This document shows positions 1 to 8,831 of a stretch of 64,000 nucleotides of DNA, piece by piece. The DNA is taken from NCBI GenBank assembly GCA_040767195.1, contig JAXGPA010000002.1:256001-320000 (forward strand), in the 5' to 3' direction. Source of the stretch: Syntrophales bacterium (lineage in GTDB: Bacteria; Desulfobacterota; Syntrophia; Syntrophales; UBA6807). The notes below the pieces were generated by a model. It was not told where the DNA came from. It worked only from the letters and a program-made list of their open reading frames with translations, and did no database searches. The position numbers and the translations under genes are program-made. Each line of letters begins with the position of its first letter. Position 1 is the stretch's first letter.

Positions 1-69
1 CCTTTTTCCAGTCCCGTTTCCTGTGTGCTCCATCCTTTCTGTCATGGAACCCGGGGACGCTTTTTCCAT

Positions 70-1068
70 TTACGCCTCATCGGTCCGTGACGCCTTCACT
101 GTCTCCGGGGACGTTTGTTCTCTCTCCGGGCGGTCCAGTTCCAGTTTCCGCACGCGGTAAAGGACCTCCTCAACGAGTTTCCGGTTGAAGGAGATGACGT
201 CACCTACGATTCCCACGACGATGAGCTGGAAACCGATGATGAAGAGGATGGCCGCCAGGATGAGTGACTGGATGTGTCCCGCCTGGTGGCTGATCAGGAA
301 GTTGACGAGAAATCGGATCGACGGGATGAGACCGAGGAAGATGAAGAAGCCTCCCATGAGCGTGAAGACCTTGAGGGGGCGGAACATGGTGTAGGTCCTG
401 ACCATGGTGGCCATCTGGCTCGTGACAAACCCGAAGAGGTGCTTCATGAGACGGGACTCGCGGGTTTTCGGGTTCGTGCCGATGGCCACGGTGGCGATGG
501 CGAGCCCCTTGTTGCCCGCCTGGAGGATCGTCTCCACGGTATAGGAGTAATTGGACAGTATGTTGAGCTGCAGGGCCGCCTCGCGGCTGAAGGCCCGAAA
601 GCCGCTGACGGCGTCGGTGACGTCCGTCCCGGACAGGCGCCGGACGACAAAGCTCCCCAGTCTTTGGAGCATCTTCTTCTTCATGGAGAAATGGGGGATG
701 TCGTTGGTCCTGCGGTCGCCGACGACCATCTCGGCCTTTCCGTCGAGGATCGGCGCGATGAGCCTCGGGATGTCCTCTCCCCGGTACTGGTTATCCCCGT
801 CGGTGTTCACGATGATGTCCGCCCCGAGGCGGAGGGAGGCGTCGAGCCCGACGAGGAAGGTCCTGGCCAGGCCCCGGTTCCGGATGTTCCGGACGATGTG
901 GTGGACCCCCGCTCTCCGGGCGGCCTCCAGGGTGCCGTCGGTGCTCCCGTCGTCGATGACGAGGATCTCCACGGCGTCGATTCCGGCGATGGCCCGGGGA
1001 ATGTCCGCGACGGTCCGGGGAAGGGTCTCTTCCTCGTTGTAGCAGGGAATCTGGACAATCAGTTTCAT
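70..1068 (-). CDS. Glycosyltransferase family 2 (DPM-synthase/GtrB-like) with C-terminal TM helices
   Basis: IPCYNEE, IDDGSTDGT, DGDNQY (DxD) and DAVSGFRAF motifs; two hydrophobic C-terminal segments. Confidence 0.85.
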   Translation of the reverse strand: MKLIVQIPCYNEEETLPRTVADIPRAIAGIDAVEILVIDDGSTDGTLEAARRAGVHHIVRNIRNRGLARTFLVGLDASLRLGADIIVNTDGDNQYRGEDIPRLIAPILDGKAEMVVGDRRTNDIPHFSMKKKMLQRLGSFVVRRLSGTDVTDAVSGFRAFSREAALQLNILSNYSYTVETILQAGNKGLAIATVAIGTNPKTRESRLMKHLFGFVTSQMATMVRTYTMFRPLKVFTLMGGFFIFLGLIPSIRFLVNFLISHQAGHIQSLILAAILFIIGFQLIVVGIVGDVISFNRKLVEEVLYRVRKLELDRPEREQTSPETVKASRTDEA

Positions 1069-1118
1069 CGCACGGTCCTTTCGACGGCCCAGCCTGAAGA
1101 CCGAGAAAAACCAGCCCG

Positions 1119-2945
1119 TCAGGGCTCTTTCGCCGCGTAGGCGGCATCGATGAGATCCCGGTACCGCTCGAAGACGATCCGACGCTTCAATTTCATGGTC
1201 TGGGTCAGCGTCCCGTTCTCGAGGGAGAAATTCTCCTTCAGGAAAATGAATTTCCGGGGGACTTCGTAACCGCCGTATTTCCCCTTCAGAGACAGGAGGA
1301 TCTGCCCGGTCACGTCCTCCCGGACATCGGGCCGGTCGATCCAGTCCTCCGGGTTTCCCGGGAGGTTCTTCGCCCGCCCGTGGGCTTCCAGGACGGCCAT
1401 GTCCAGGATGAGAAGACAGACATTGTAAGGACGGTTTTCCCCGTAAATCATGGCGTTTTCCACCAATGGAACGAGACGGATGTCTTCCTCCAGGGAAGCG
1501 GGAAAGACAAACTTGCCGTTCTCCAGCTTGTACTGCTCCTTGATCCTCCCGGTGATGTAGAGAAACCCGTCTTCGTCGAGCCGGCCCCGGTCCCCTGTCC
1601 GCAACCCGCCGTCCTCCATGAGAACGGCCCGGGTCTCCGCCGGCTTGTTGTGGTATCCCATCATGACATTGGGCCCGTAGACAACGATTTCACCATCGCC
1701 CAGCACCGGGTCGCCGTAGGTCTTGTCGATGACGACCTCGACCTTTTCGATGGCCCGCCCCACCGTTCCGAGACGGAAGGCGGCGGGGGCGTTCATGGTC
1801 ACCGCCGGCGACGTTTCCGTGAGACCGTAACAGTCGAAGACGGGAACGCCGATATCGAAGAAGAACTGGGCGATTTCCGGGTTCATGGCGGCGCTCCCCG
1901 ACAGGGCGGCCTTGAGGCGGCCCCCGAAAGCCTCCCGGATCTTCGCGAAGACGGCCCGGTCCCCGAAGGCGGCCTTCAGCTTCGTCCCAAACGCGGGGGA
2001 GCGCCCTTCGGCTTCCCCGAGCCGCTTCTCCCGGGCCCCCTCCAGGGCCATCAGGAAAAGCTTCTTTTTGAGCCCCCCCTCCCGGTTCATCCGTGCCCAC
2101 AGGCCGTCGTAAATGCGGTTGAACACCCGGGGCACGGCGATGAGAAAGGTGGGCCGGACACTGCGGAAGTCTTCCAGGAGGGTGTTAACGCCTCCCATGA
2201 TGCCGATGGATCCCCCCAGGTAGATCATGGTGTAAAGCTCCGCCGTCTGGCCGTAGGAATGGGCCCAGGGCAGGATGGACAGGCACACGTCCTCTTCCGT
2301 GAGCATGGGGAAATTCTTCCTCCCGGCATGAGAGTTGCTCGTGAAGTTCCCGTGGGTCAGGAGAACGCCCTTGGGGTCCCCCGTCGTCCCGGAGGTGTAG
2401 ATGAGAGCCGCCACGTCCTCCGCGGCGGGATGGAGGGCCGGCGGCGGGTTTTCCGCCCCGGTCCGTTCCAGCTCGGCCATCGTTCCGGGGCCGTCCCCCT
2501 CGATGAGGAGGACATGCTTCAGGCTTTCCATTCCCTGGATCACCGGCGTCAGCTTTTCAAGGATATCGGGGCTCGAAACGAAGAGAACCCGGACATCGGC
2601 ATCCTGGAGAATATACTGCCAGGTCCGGGGAAGCTCGGCCTCGTACATGGGGACGAAGCGGGCCCCGAGACCGTATGCGGCGAAGGCCGCCGCGGCCCAC
2701 TCGGGACGGTTGTTGGCGATGACCCCCACGGCGTCCCCCTTTGTGATCCCCAGCCTCGACAGGCCTCCCCGCAGGTTGTCCACCCGTTTTCCCATTTCCC
2801 CGTATGATATCCACCGGAAGGTCCCGTCCTCCCGGCGGACGCCGAAGAGGGGCCTTTCCGGAAACCGTCTGACGGACCTCTCGAAAAATTCCACCAGGTT
2901 GTCCGGCTTATCCAGGACAAACGACGTCTTCTTGGCTGTTTCCAT
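1119..2945 (-). CDS. Long-chain fatty acid--CoA ligase (AMP-dependent synthetase)
   Basis: YTSGTTGDPKG, YGLTET, TGDRG and TQTMKLKR motifs; start placed at ATG 2945 (METAKK) just after the purQ stop. Confidence 0.85.
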   Translation of the reverse strand: METAKKTSFVLDKPDNLVEFFERSVRRFPERPLFGVRREDGTFRWISYGEMGKRVDNLRGGLSRLGITKGDAVGVIANNRPEWAAAAFAAYGLGARFVPMYEAELPRTWQYILQDADVRVLFVSSPDILEKLTPVIQGMESLKHVLLIEGDGPGTMAELERTGAENPPPALHPAAEDVAALIYTSGTTGDPKGVLLTHGNFTSNSHAGRKNFPMLTEEDVCLSILPWAHSYGQTAELYTMIYLGGSIGIMGGVNTLLEDFRSVRPTFLIAVPRVFNRIYDGLWARMNREGGLKKKLFLMALEGAREKRLGEAEGRSPAFGTKLKAAFGDRAVFAKIREAFGGRLKAALSGSAAMNPEIAQFFFDIGVPVFDCYGLTETSPAVTMNAPAAFRLGTVGRAIEKVEVVIDKTYGDPVLGDGEIVVYGPNVMMGYHNKPAETRAVLMEDGGLRTGDRGRLDEDGFLYITGRIKEQYKLENGKFVFPASLEEDIRLVPLVENAMIYGENRPYNVCLLILDMAVLEAHGRAKNLPGNPEDWIDRPDVREDVTGQILLSLKGKYGGYEVPRKFIFLKENFSLENGTLTQTMKLKRRIVFERYRDLIDAAYAAKEP

Positions 2946-2950
2946 GATGT

Positions 2951-3778
2951 TCAAATTCCTTTCTCTCGAATAAAATCGACGGCATTTCGGAAAAGGGCGA
3001 GCCCCATGCCCTCCTCGGGAAGCGATTCCCGGGTCCACCGGGGATGGTTGGTGCAATGGAGAAAGGCCTCGGGGTGGGGCATGAGGCCGAAAACCCGCCC
3101 CGTCTCGTCGCAGACCCCGGCCACGGCCCGCAGGGATCCGTTGGGGTTTTCCGGGTAGTCCATCACGGCCGCCCGGCCCTCTTCGTCGCTGTACTGGACA
3201 ACAATGTGGCCGTTATTTTCCAGCCGGTCCAGGATGGATTCCTCCCGCACAAAAAACTTGCCCTCGCCGTGCCGAACGGGAAGGTACAGTCTCTCGAGGC
3301 CGCTCGTGAAGACGCAGGGGGAGGCGGTGTTCACCTTCAGGTAGACCCACCGGTCCTCGAACCGCCCCGAATCGTTGAAGGTCAGGGTCGCTTCCTGGCG
3401 GGCGTAGTTTCCATCGAACCCGGGAAGAAGCCCGAGCTTGACCATGAGCTGGAAGCCGTTGCAAACACCGAAAACGAGTTTCCCCGCCCCGATGAACCGG
3501 AGCAGCTGATCGAACAGCCTTTCCCCGCTCTCCCGGACCCGGCCGTGGAGGAAACGATTGGCTCCCGCCTTGGCTGAGCCCAGGTCGTCGCCGTCGACAA
3601 ATCCCCCGGGAAGGTTCAGGAAATCGTAGTCGTCGAGCCGTTTCTTACCCGCCAGCATTTCCCCCGTGTAGACGATGTCCACCCTGTCCGCGCCGGCCAG
3701 GCGGCAGGCGTGGGCCATTTCCATTTCGCAATTCACGCCGTTGCCCGTGAGAACGATGGCTTTGACCTTTCTTCCCAT
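2951..3778 (-). CDS. purQ: Phosphoribosylformylglycinamidine synthase glutaminase subunit
   Basis: G.NCE.E, PGGF..GD, GVCNGFQ (catalytic Cys), HGEG and GLMPHPE motifs. Confidence 0.93.
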   Translation of the reverse strand: MGRKVKAIVLTGNGVNCEMEMAHACRLAGADRVDIVYTGEMLAGKKRLDDYDFLNLPGGFVDGDDLGSAKAGANRFLHGRVRESGERLFDQLLRFIGAGKLVFGVCNGFQLMVKLGLLPGFDGNYARQEATLTFNDSGRFEDRWVYLKVNTASPCVFTSGLERLYLPVRHGEGKFFVREESILDRLENNGHIVVQYSDEEGRAAVMDYPENPNGSLRAVAGVCDETGRVFGLMPHPEAFLHCTNHPRWTRESLPEEGMGLALFRNAVDFIREKGI

Positions 3779-3861
3779 TTTCTCTTTCTCCCTGAAAGGT
3801 TCCTTTTTCCTGCGACATGGGGTGCCGCGGCCCTGTCAACATTCCGGGACCCGCCTTTCCA

Positions 3862-3976
3862 GGCGGCTTTACATAAGGCCGGCGGGGGCCAGGCGTCCCA
3901 AACCGGGGAACCCGCCCGTCCGGGCCGGGTCCCGCTGCCGCCGGAAATGAGGCGCGGGCTTTTCGACCAGGCCGAC
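3862..3976 (+). repeat. Degenerate copy of the intergenic inverted-repeat element
   Basis: ggcggctttacataagg...aggcgtcccaaaccgggga...gggcttttcgaccaggccgac aligns by eye to the copy at 7194-7319. Confidence 0.5.
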
Positions 3977-3978
3977 GA

Positions 3979-6957
3979 TCAGAAGGCCAGGGGCTTCTGC
4001 CAGGTGTCGGTCAGCTCTTCGATACGCTCTTCGACGATCACGTTTCTTCCGAGACCCTTGATGCGAAACACCCCGTCGGCCATGACGGCGCCCACGGCGG
4101 CGAACGTGTTTCCTTCCAGGATTTTTTCAAACCCTTTCCGGTGACGGGGGGCGACGGTAACGACAAAACGGCTCTGGGACTCGGAAAACAGAAGATGGTC
4201 GTCCCGATCGATCCCCTCGGCGGGAATCCAGCTGAGGTCCACCGTCATGCCGAAGCCCCCCGCGAAGGCCGACTCGGCCAGGGCGACGGCGAGGCCCCCG
4301 TCGGAGCAGTCGTGGCAGGAGGCGACGAGGCCCGACCGGATGGCCGACGAAAGGGCCCGGTACAGCCGCCTGGCGCTTTCACCGTTTACTTTAGGCACTG
4401 AATTTCCGACTTTTCCATGGTGGGCATACCACTCCGACCCTCCCAGCTCGGGCCGGGTCATTCCCAGGACATAGACCATGTCCCCCGCTCTCTTGGCATC
4501 CATGGTTACGGTCTTTCTCACATCTTCCACCCGCCCGATGACGGAGAACAGGAGGGTGGGGGGAATGGATATTTTCGTCTCCCCGATGATGTAATCGTTC
4601 TTCATGCTGTCCTTCCCGGAGATGCACGGGACACCCAGGATCTTCGTGTAGTCATAGAGGGCCCGGTTGGCCCGGACGAGCTGGGCGAGCTTGTACCGGC
4701 CGTCGGGGGTCTTCTCGGACGCCACGGGGTCACACCAGCAGAAGTTGTCCAGGCCTGCCAGGTGGTCCAGGGTGGCGCCCACGGCGATGGCGTTCCGGAC
4801 GGCCTCGTCGATGGCCGCGGCGGCCATGTGATAGGTGTCGATGTCGCCGTACCGGGGGCAGATCCCGTGGGCCACCACCACCCCCTCCAGGGACTCGAGG
4901 ACCGGGCGGATGACGGCGCCGTCGGAGGGACCGTCATTGGCGGCCCCGACCAGGGGCTTGATGACGCTCCCGCCCTGGACCTCGTGGTCGTACTGGCGGA
5001 CCACCGATTCCTTGCTGCAGATGTTGAGCCGGGCGAGCATCTCCTTCAGGGCCCGGCCGTAATCCTCCGGCGGGGGGATCTCCGGTTCCTCGTGCCTCGG
5101 CGCCGTCCACCGGGCCTCCAGGCGCATCTGGGGCACCCCGTCGTGCAGAAAGCCCATGTCCAGGCAGGCCACGGTCCTTTCGCCGTAGCGGATGTGAAAT
5201 TTCCCCGTGTCGGTGAACCGGCCGAGGACGGTGGCCTCCACATCCATTTCTTCGGCCAGGTCGAGGAAAGTCTCTATTTTCTCCGGGGGAACGGCCAGGC
5301 TCATCCGTTCCTGGGCCTCGGAGATCAGGATTTCCCAGGGCATCAGGCCCGGATACTTGAGCGGGGCCTTCTCGAGATCCATCTCGCAGCCCCCGGACAG
5401 GGTGGCCATCTCCCCTACGGACGAGGATAGGCCGCCCGCCCCGTTGTCCGTGATGGCCCGGTAAAGACCCCGGTCCCGGGCGAGGAGAAGAAAGTCGGTC
5501 ATCTTCTTCTGGGTGATGGGGTCACCGATCTGGACGGCCGTGACGGGGGACCCTTCGTGAAGTTCTTCGGACGAGAAGGTGGCCCCGTGAATGCCGTCCT
5601 TGCCGATGCGGCCGCCCGTCATGACCACCAGGTCACCCGGTTCGATCTCCTTCACATGGCTCGGCTCCCCGAGGATCCGGGCGGGCATGATCCCCGCCGT
5701 CCCGCAGTAGACCAGCGGCTTTCCGAGGAACCGGTCGTCGAAGACGATGGACCCGTTCACCGTGGGGATGCCGCTCTTGTTGCCGCCGTGCTCCACCCCC
5801 TCCCGGACGCCTTCGTAGATCCGCCGGGGGTGGAGAATCCGCGGGGGAAGGGGCCTGTCGTAATAGGGCGACGCAAAACAGAACACGTCGGTGTTGAAGA
5901 TGAGCCGCGCCCCCTTGCCCGTGCCGAAGGGGTCCCGGTTCACCCCGACGATCCCCGTCAGGGCCCCGCCGTAGGGGTCCAGGGCGGACGGCGAGTTGTG
6001 GGTTTCCACCTTGAAGACCAGGTTGTACCGGTCGTTGAAACGGATCACCCCGGCGTTGTCCACGAAGACGGAAAGGCAGAAATCATCCTCCCCTTTCGCC
6101 TCCCGGATCTCCCGGGTCGACCCCTTGATGCAGGTCTTGAAAAGAGAGTCGATGATCTCCCGTGTTCCCTGCTCATCCTCGTAGGTGATCAGGCTGTTGA
6201 AGATCTTGTGCTTGCAGTGCTCCGACCAGGTCTGGGCGAGGACCTCGAGCTCCACGTCGGTGATTTTCGCGCCCAGGCCCGCTTCCGTCCTTTTCTTCAG
6301 GACCGCCGGGTCCTTCAGGTAACGCTGGATCACCTTCATCTCTTCCACGGTCAGGGCGAGGACCCGGGAGGCGCTGATCTTCCCGAGGGCCTCGTCGGAA
6401 ACGTCCAGGTCGATTTCCTCCACCACCGGGTCCTCTTCGATGTGGACCTTTGGAACATAGGGTGTTATGCCTTTCCGGGAATCCCAGGTGCGGCCGTCGT
6501 GGATTTCGTAATGCTGGATGAGATCGTTCGCCAGGAGCCCCGAGGCGATTTTTTCCGCGTCGTCTTTCGTCATGTCGCCGTTGAAGAGATACTGCCGGGA
6601 CGTGAAGACCTGGAGGGACCGTCCGCCTGGCGTTCCGAAGAGGAGACCCAGGGCTTCCCCCGCTGTCCGGCCCACGTTGTCCGTCACCCCCGGCCGGAAT
6701 CCCACCTCGATGAGCCAGTCGAAATCGGAGGACAGGGGGCGGTCAACGGCAAAATCCTGGATGACGGGATCGGAAAGGGGCCCCCGGGCGGCTTTTTCCA
6801 GGTCCGCCGGGGAGAGGTCCCCCTCGATGGTGTAAACCTCCACCGTCCGGACCTGCTGGACCTGGATGCCCAGGTTCTCGGTGATCTTTTTCCCGGTCTT
6901 CTCACCGAGGGCATCCCGGACGCCTTCCCTGAAACCGACTTCGATACGATGTACCAT
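3979..6957 (-). CDS. purL: FGAM synthase PurL with N-terminal tandem PurS-like domains
   Basis: WSEHCKHKIF, KVETHNSPS, DNGAGGL, SEAQERM, CHDCSDGG motifs; two IEVGFR.GV.D repeats at the N-terminus; start at ATG 6957. Confidence 0.92.
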   Translation of the reverse strand: MVHRIEVGFREGVRDALGEKTGKKITENLGIQVQQVRTVEVYTIEGDLSPADLEKAARGPLSDPVIQDFAVDRPLSSDFDWLIEVGFRPGVTDNVGRTAGEALGLLFGTPGGRSLQVFTSRQYLFNGDMTKDDAEKIASGLLANDLIQHYEIHDGRTWDSRKGITPYVPKVHIEEDPVVEEIDLDVSDEALGKISASRVLALTVEEMKVIQRYLKDPAVLKKRTEAGLGAKITDVELEVLAQTWSEHCKHKIFNSLITYEDEQGTREIIDSLFKTCIKGSTREIREAKGEDDFCLSVFVDNAGVIRFNDRYNLVFKVETHNSPSALDPYGGALTGIVGVNRDPFGTGKGARLIFNTDVFCFASPYYDRPLPPRILHPRRIYEGVREGVEHGGNKSGIPTVNGSIVFDDRFLGKPLVYCGTAGIMPARILGEPSHVKEIEPGDLVVMTGGRIGKDGIHGATFSSEELHEGSPVTAVQIGDPITQKKMTDFLLLARDRGLYRAITDNGAGGLSSSVGEMATLSGGCEMDLEKAPLKYPGLMPWEILISEAQERMSLAVPPEKIETFLDLAEEMDVEATVLGRFTDTGKFHIRYGERTVACLDMGFLHDGVPQMRLEARWTAPRHEEPEIPPPEDYGRALKEMLARLNICSKESVVRQYDHEVQGGSVIKPLVGAANDGPSDGAVIRPVLESLEGVVVAHGICPRYGDIDTYHMAAAAIDEAVRNAIAVGATLDHLAGLDNFCWCDPVASEKTPDGRYKLAQLVRANRALYDYTKILGVPCISGKDSMKNDYIIGETKISIPPTLLFSVIGRVEDVRKTVTMDAKRAGDMVYVLGMTRPELGGSEWYAHHGKVGNSVPKVNGESARRLYRALSSAIRSGLVASCHDCSDGGLAVALAESAFAGGFGMTVDLSWIPAEGIDRDDHLLFSESQSRFVVTVAPRHRKGFEKILEGNTFAAVGAVMADGVFRIKGLGRNVIVEERIEELTDTWQKPLAF

Positions 6958-7024
6958 GGGTTTTTTCGGCCTTTCTTCCCCTGATCTCGACACTCTCGAA
7001 TACGTCTGAAAACGGCCTGTTCCT

Positions 7025-7150
7025 GACGGTCCGCCGAACAGCCCCGGAAGGCCCGGCGCCCCGAATCGGGGAAACGGATCCTTCGCCCCGCAAGCTCCCC
7101 GTGACAGGAAACGGCAGGCAAGGCCACGCAGGGACTTTTACGAACCGGTC
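7025..7150 (+). repeat. Degenerate tandem copy of the intergenic inverted-repeat element
   Basis: Begins gacgg and ends gggacttttacgaaccggtc; same 126-bp length as the adjacent copy, with shared internal ggcgcccc.aatc and gcaa segments. Confidence 0.5.
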
Positions 7151-7193
7151 ATTCTTGAAGAACTCGTAAAAACTCGAAAAATCTTCAGTTACC

Positions 7194-7319
7194 GACGGCT
7201 TTGTAAAAAGATCCAGAGGCAAGGCGCCCAAATCCCGAGGAATGAGACGTACTTATTGGTACGTCGCAATGACGAGGGATGAAGGGCAACGCAGCATATG
7301 GACTTTTTACAAAGTCGTC
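7194..7319 (+). repeat. MITE/REP-like element with terminal inverted repeats and a central hairpin
   Basis: gacggctttgtaaaaag ... ctttttacaaagtcgtc (16/17 match); central gacgtac-ttattg-gtacgtc hairpin. Confidence 0.75.
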
Positions 7320-8709
7320 ACTCTTCCGAACCGGATTTGCGAAGGCTGTACCGGATCATCTTGAGCTGGAGCCCTTTCCGGCTCAAGCCGAGCTGCTGGG
7401 CCGCCCGGCTCACGTTTCCCCCGCATTCCTCGAGGACCCGGACGATCATGTCCTTCTCGATTTCCTCCGTCCTTTTCCGGAGCACCTCCTTGAAGCTCCC
7501 GGGGCCCTCCAGGGCCGGTGGTTGTTCGTGAAACCGCCTCTCGGCAAAGCGGACCTCCTGGGGAAGGTCCTCTTCGGTGATCACGTCCCCCTTGGCAAAG
7601 AGGACAAGGCGTTCCAGGAGGTTCTCCAGCTCCCGGATATTTCCGGGCCAGTCGCAGCGGTTCACGAAAATGTCCCGGACGGAAGGGGACACGGCCCGGA
7701 CGTTTCGGCCCAGTTTGGCGTTGAATTTCCCGATGAAGTGTTCCACCAAAGCCTCGATGTCCTCCTTCCGCTCCCGAAGGGGGGGCAGGTGGATGGGCAC
7801 CACGTTGAGCCGGTAAAAAAGATCCTCCCGGAACTTGCCGTCTTTCACGGCCTGGGACAGGTTTCGGTTCGTCGCCGCGATGAGGCGGACATCCACCCGG
7901 ATCGTCCGGAGCCCGCCCACCCGCTCGAACTCCTGGTCCTGGATGACCCGGAGGAGCTTGACCTGCATGTCCTTGGGGAGATCCCCCACCTCGTCGAGAA
8001 AGAGCGTTCCCTGGTGGGCCAGCTCGAACCGGCCCGGTTTGCGGTGGACCGCCCCGGTGAAGGCGCCTTTTTCGTAGCCGAAAAGTTCGCTTTCCAGGAG
8101 GGTCTCCGCGATGGCGGCGCAATTGATCTTGATGAAAGGCTCATCCATTCTCGGGCTGTTCCGGTGTATGGCCTGGGCGATGAGCTCTTTCCCCGTTCCC
8201 GTCTCGCCGGTGATCAGGATGGTCGTCGTGGTCCTGGCGACCTTGGCGATGACATCGTAGATCCGGAGCATCTCCGCGCTGGTCCCGATGATGTTCAGAT
8301 GCTCGATGTCCCCACCCTCGGGAATGATCTCGGCCTCGGAAAGGATTCGTGTCCGCCACGCTTTCTGGATCACGTTCAGCAGGTCTTCCCGGTCGAAGGG
8401 TTTCGTGACGTAGTCGAAGGCCCCTTTTTTCAGGGCTTCAACGGCCGTGGAAACGGTGCCGTGGGCGGTGATGATGATGACGGGGATGCCGGGCCAGGCG
8501 TCCGTCACCCGGTCCAGGAGACCGAGCCCGTCGAGACCCGGCATTTTCAGGTCCGTCACGACGACGGCGATGTCCTCGTCCTTCTCGAGGACCTGGAGGG
8601 CCTCCAGCCCGTCCGCCGCCTTGAGGACGGAAAACCCCTCCTTCCGGAGCATGGCTTCCAGAACGAGGAGCATGTTGATTTCATCATCGACGATGAGGAT
8701 TTTTTTCAT
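7318..8709 (-). CDS. Sigma54-dependent response regulator (NtrC family: REC-AAA+-HTH)
   Basis: ILIVDDE, TDLKMP (phospho-Asp), GETGTGKE, GAFTGA, WPGNIREL, C-terminal Fis HTH; start at ATG 8709. Confidence 0.95.
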   Translation of the reverse strand: MKKILIVDDEINMLLVLEAMLRKEGFSVLKAADGLEALQVLEKDEDIAVVVTDLKMPGLDGLGLLDRVTDAWPGIPVIIITAHGTVSTAVEALKKGAFDYVTKPFDREDLLNVIQKAWRTRILSEAEIIPEGGDIEHLNIIGTSAEMLRIYDVIAKVARTTTTILITGETGTGKELIAQAIHRNSPRMDEPFIKINCAAIAETLLESELFGYEKGAFTGAVHRKPGRFELAHQGTLFLDEVGDLPKDMQVKLLRVIQDQEFERVGGLRTIRVDVRLIAATNRNLSQAVKDGKFREDLFYRLNVVPIHLPPLRERKEDIEALVEHFIGKFNAKLGRNVRAVSPSVRDIFVNRCDWPGNIRELENLLERLVLFAKGDVITEEDLPQEVRFAERRFHEQPPALEGPGSFKEVLRKRTEEIEKDMIVRVLEECGGNVSRAAQQLGLSRKGLQLKMIRYSLRKSGSEE

Positions 8710-8761
8710 GCCGCGGTGGGGTGGCCGTTCACACGGGTCCGTGTATTTTTTGTCGCCCCTC

Positions 8762-8790
8762 ACCCTATTATGGGAAGAAAGGGCTGTCAA
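8762..8790 (-). promoter_or_regulatory. Putative sigma70 promoter for the response regulator
   Basis: TTGACA-17 nt-TAGGGT on the minus strand in the kinase/regulator spacer. Confidence 0.4.
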
Positions 8791-8831
8791 GGGGATTCCG
8801 CCCGAGACCTCGCCGGGAGATGGACAGGGGA

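Noticed and set aside
6902..7231. Short ORFs reading through the repeat elements (LDLFTKPS..., and KGTDFKSVP at 29496-29972)
   Set aside because: These are translations of non-coding inverted repeats, not genes.
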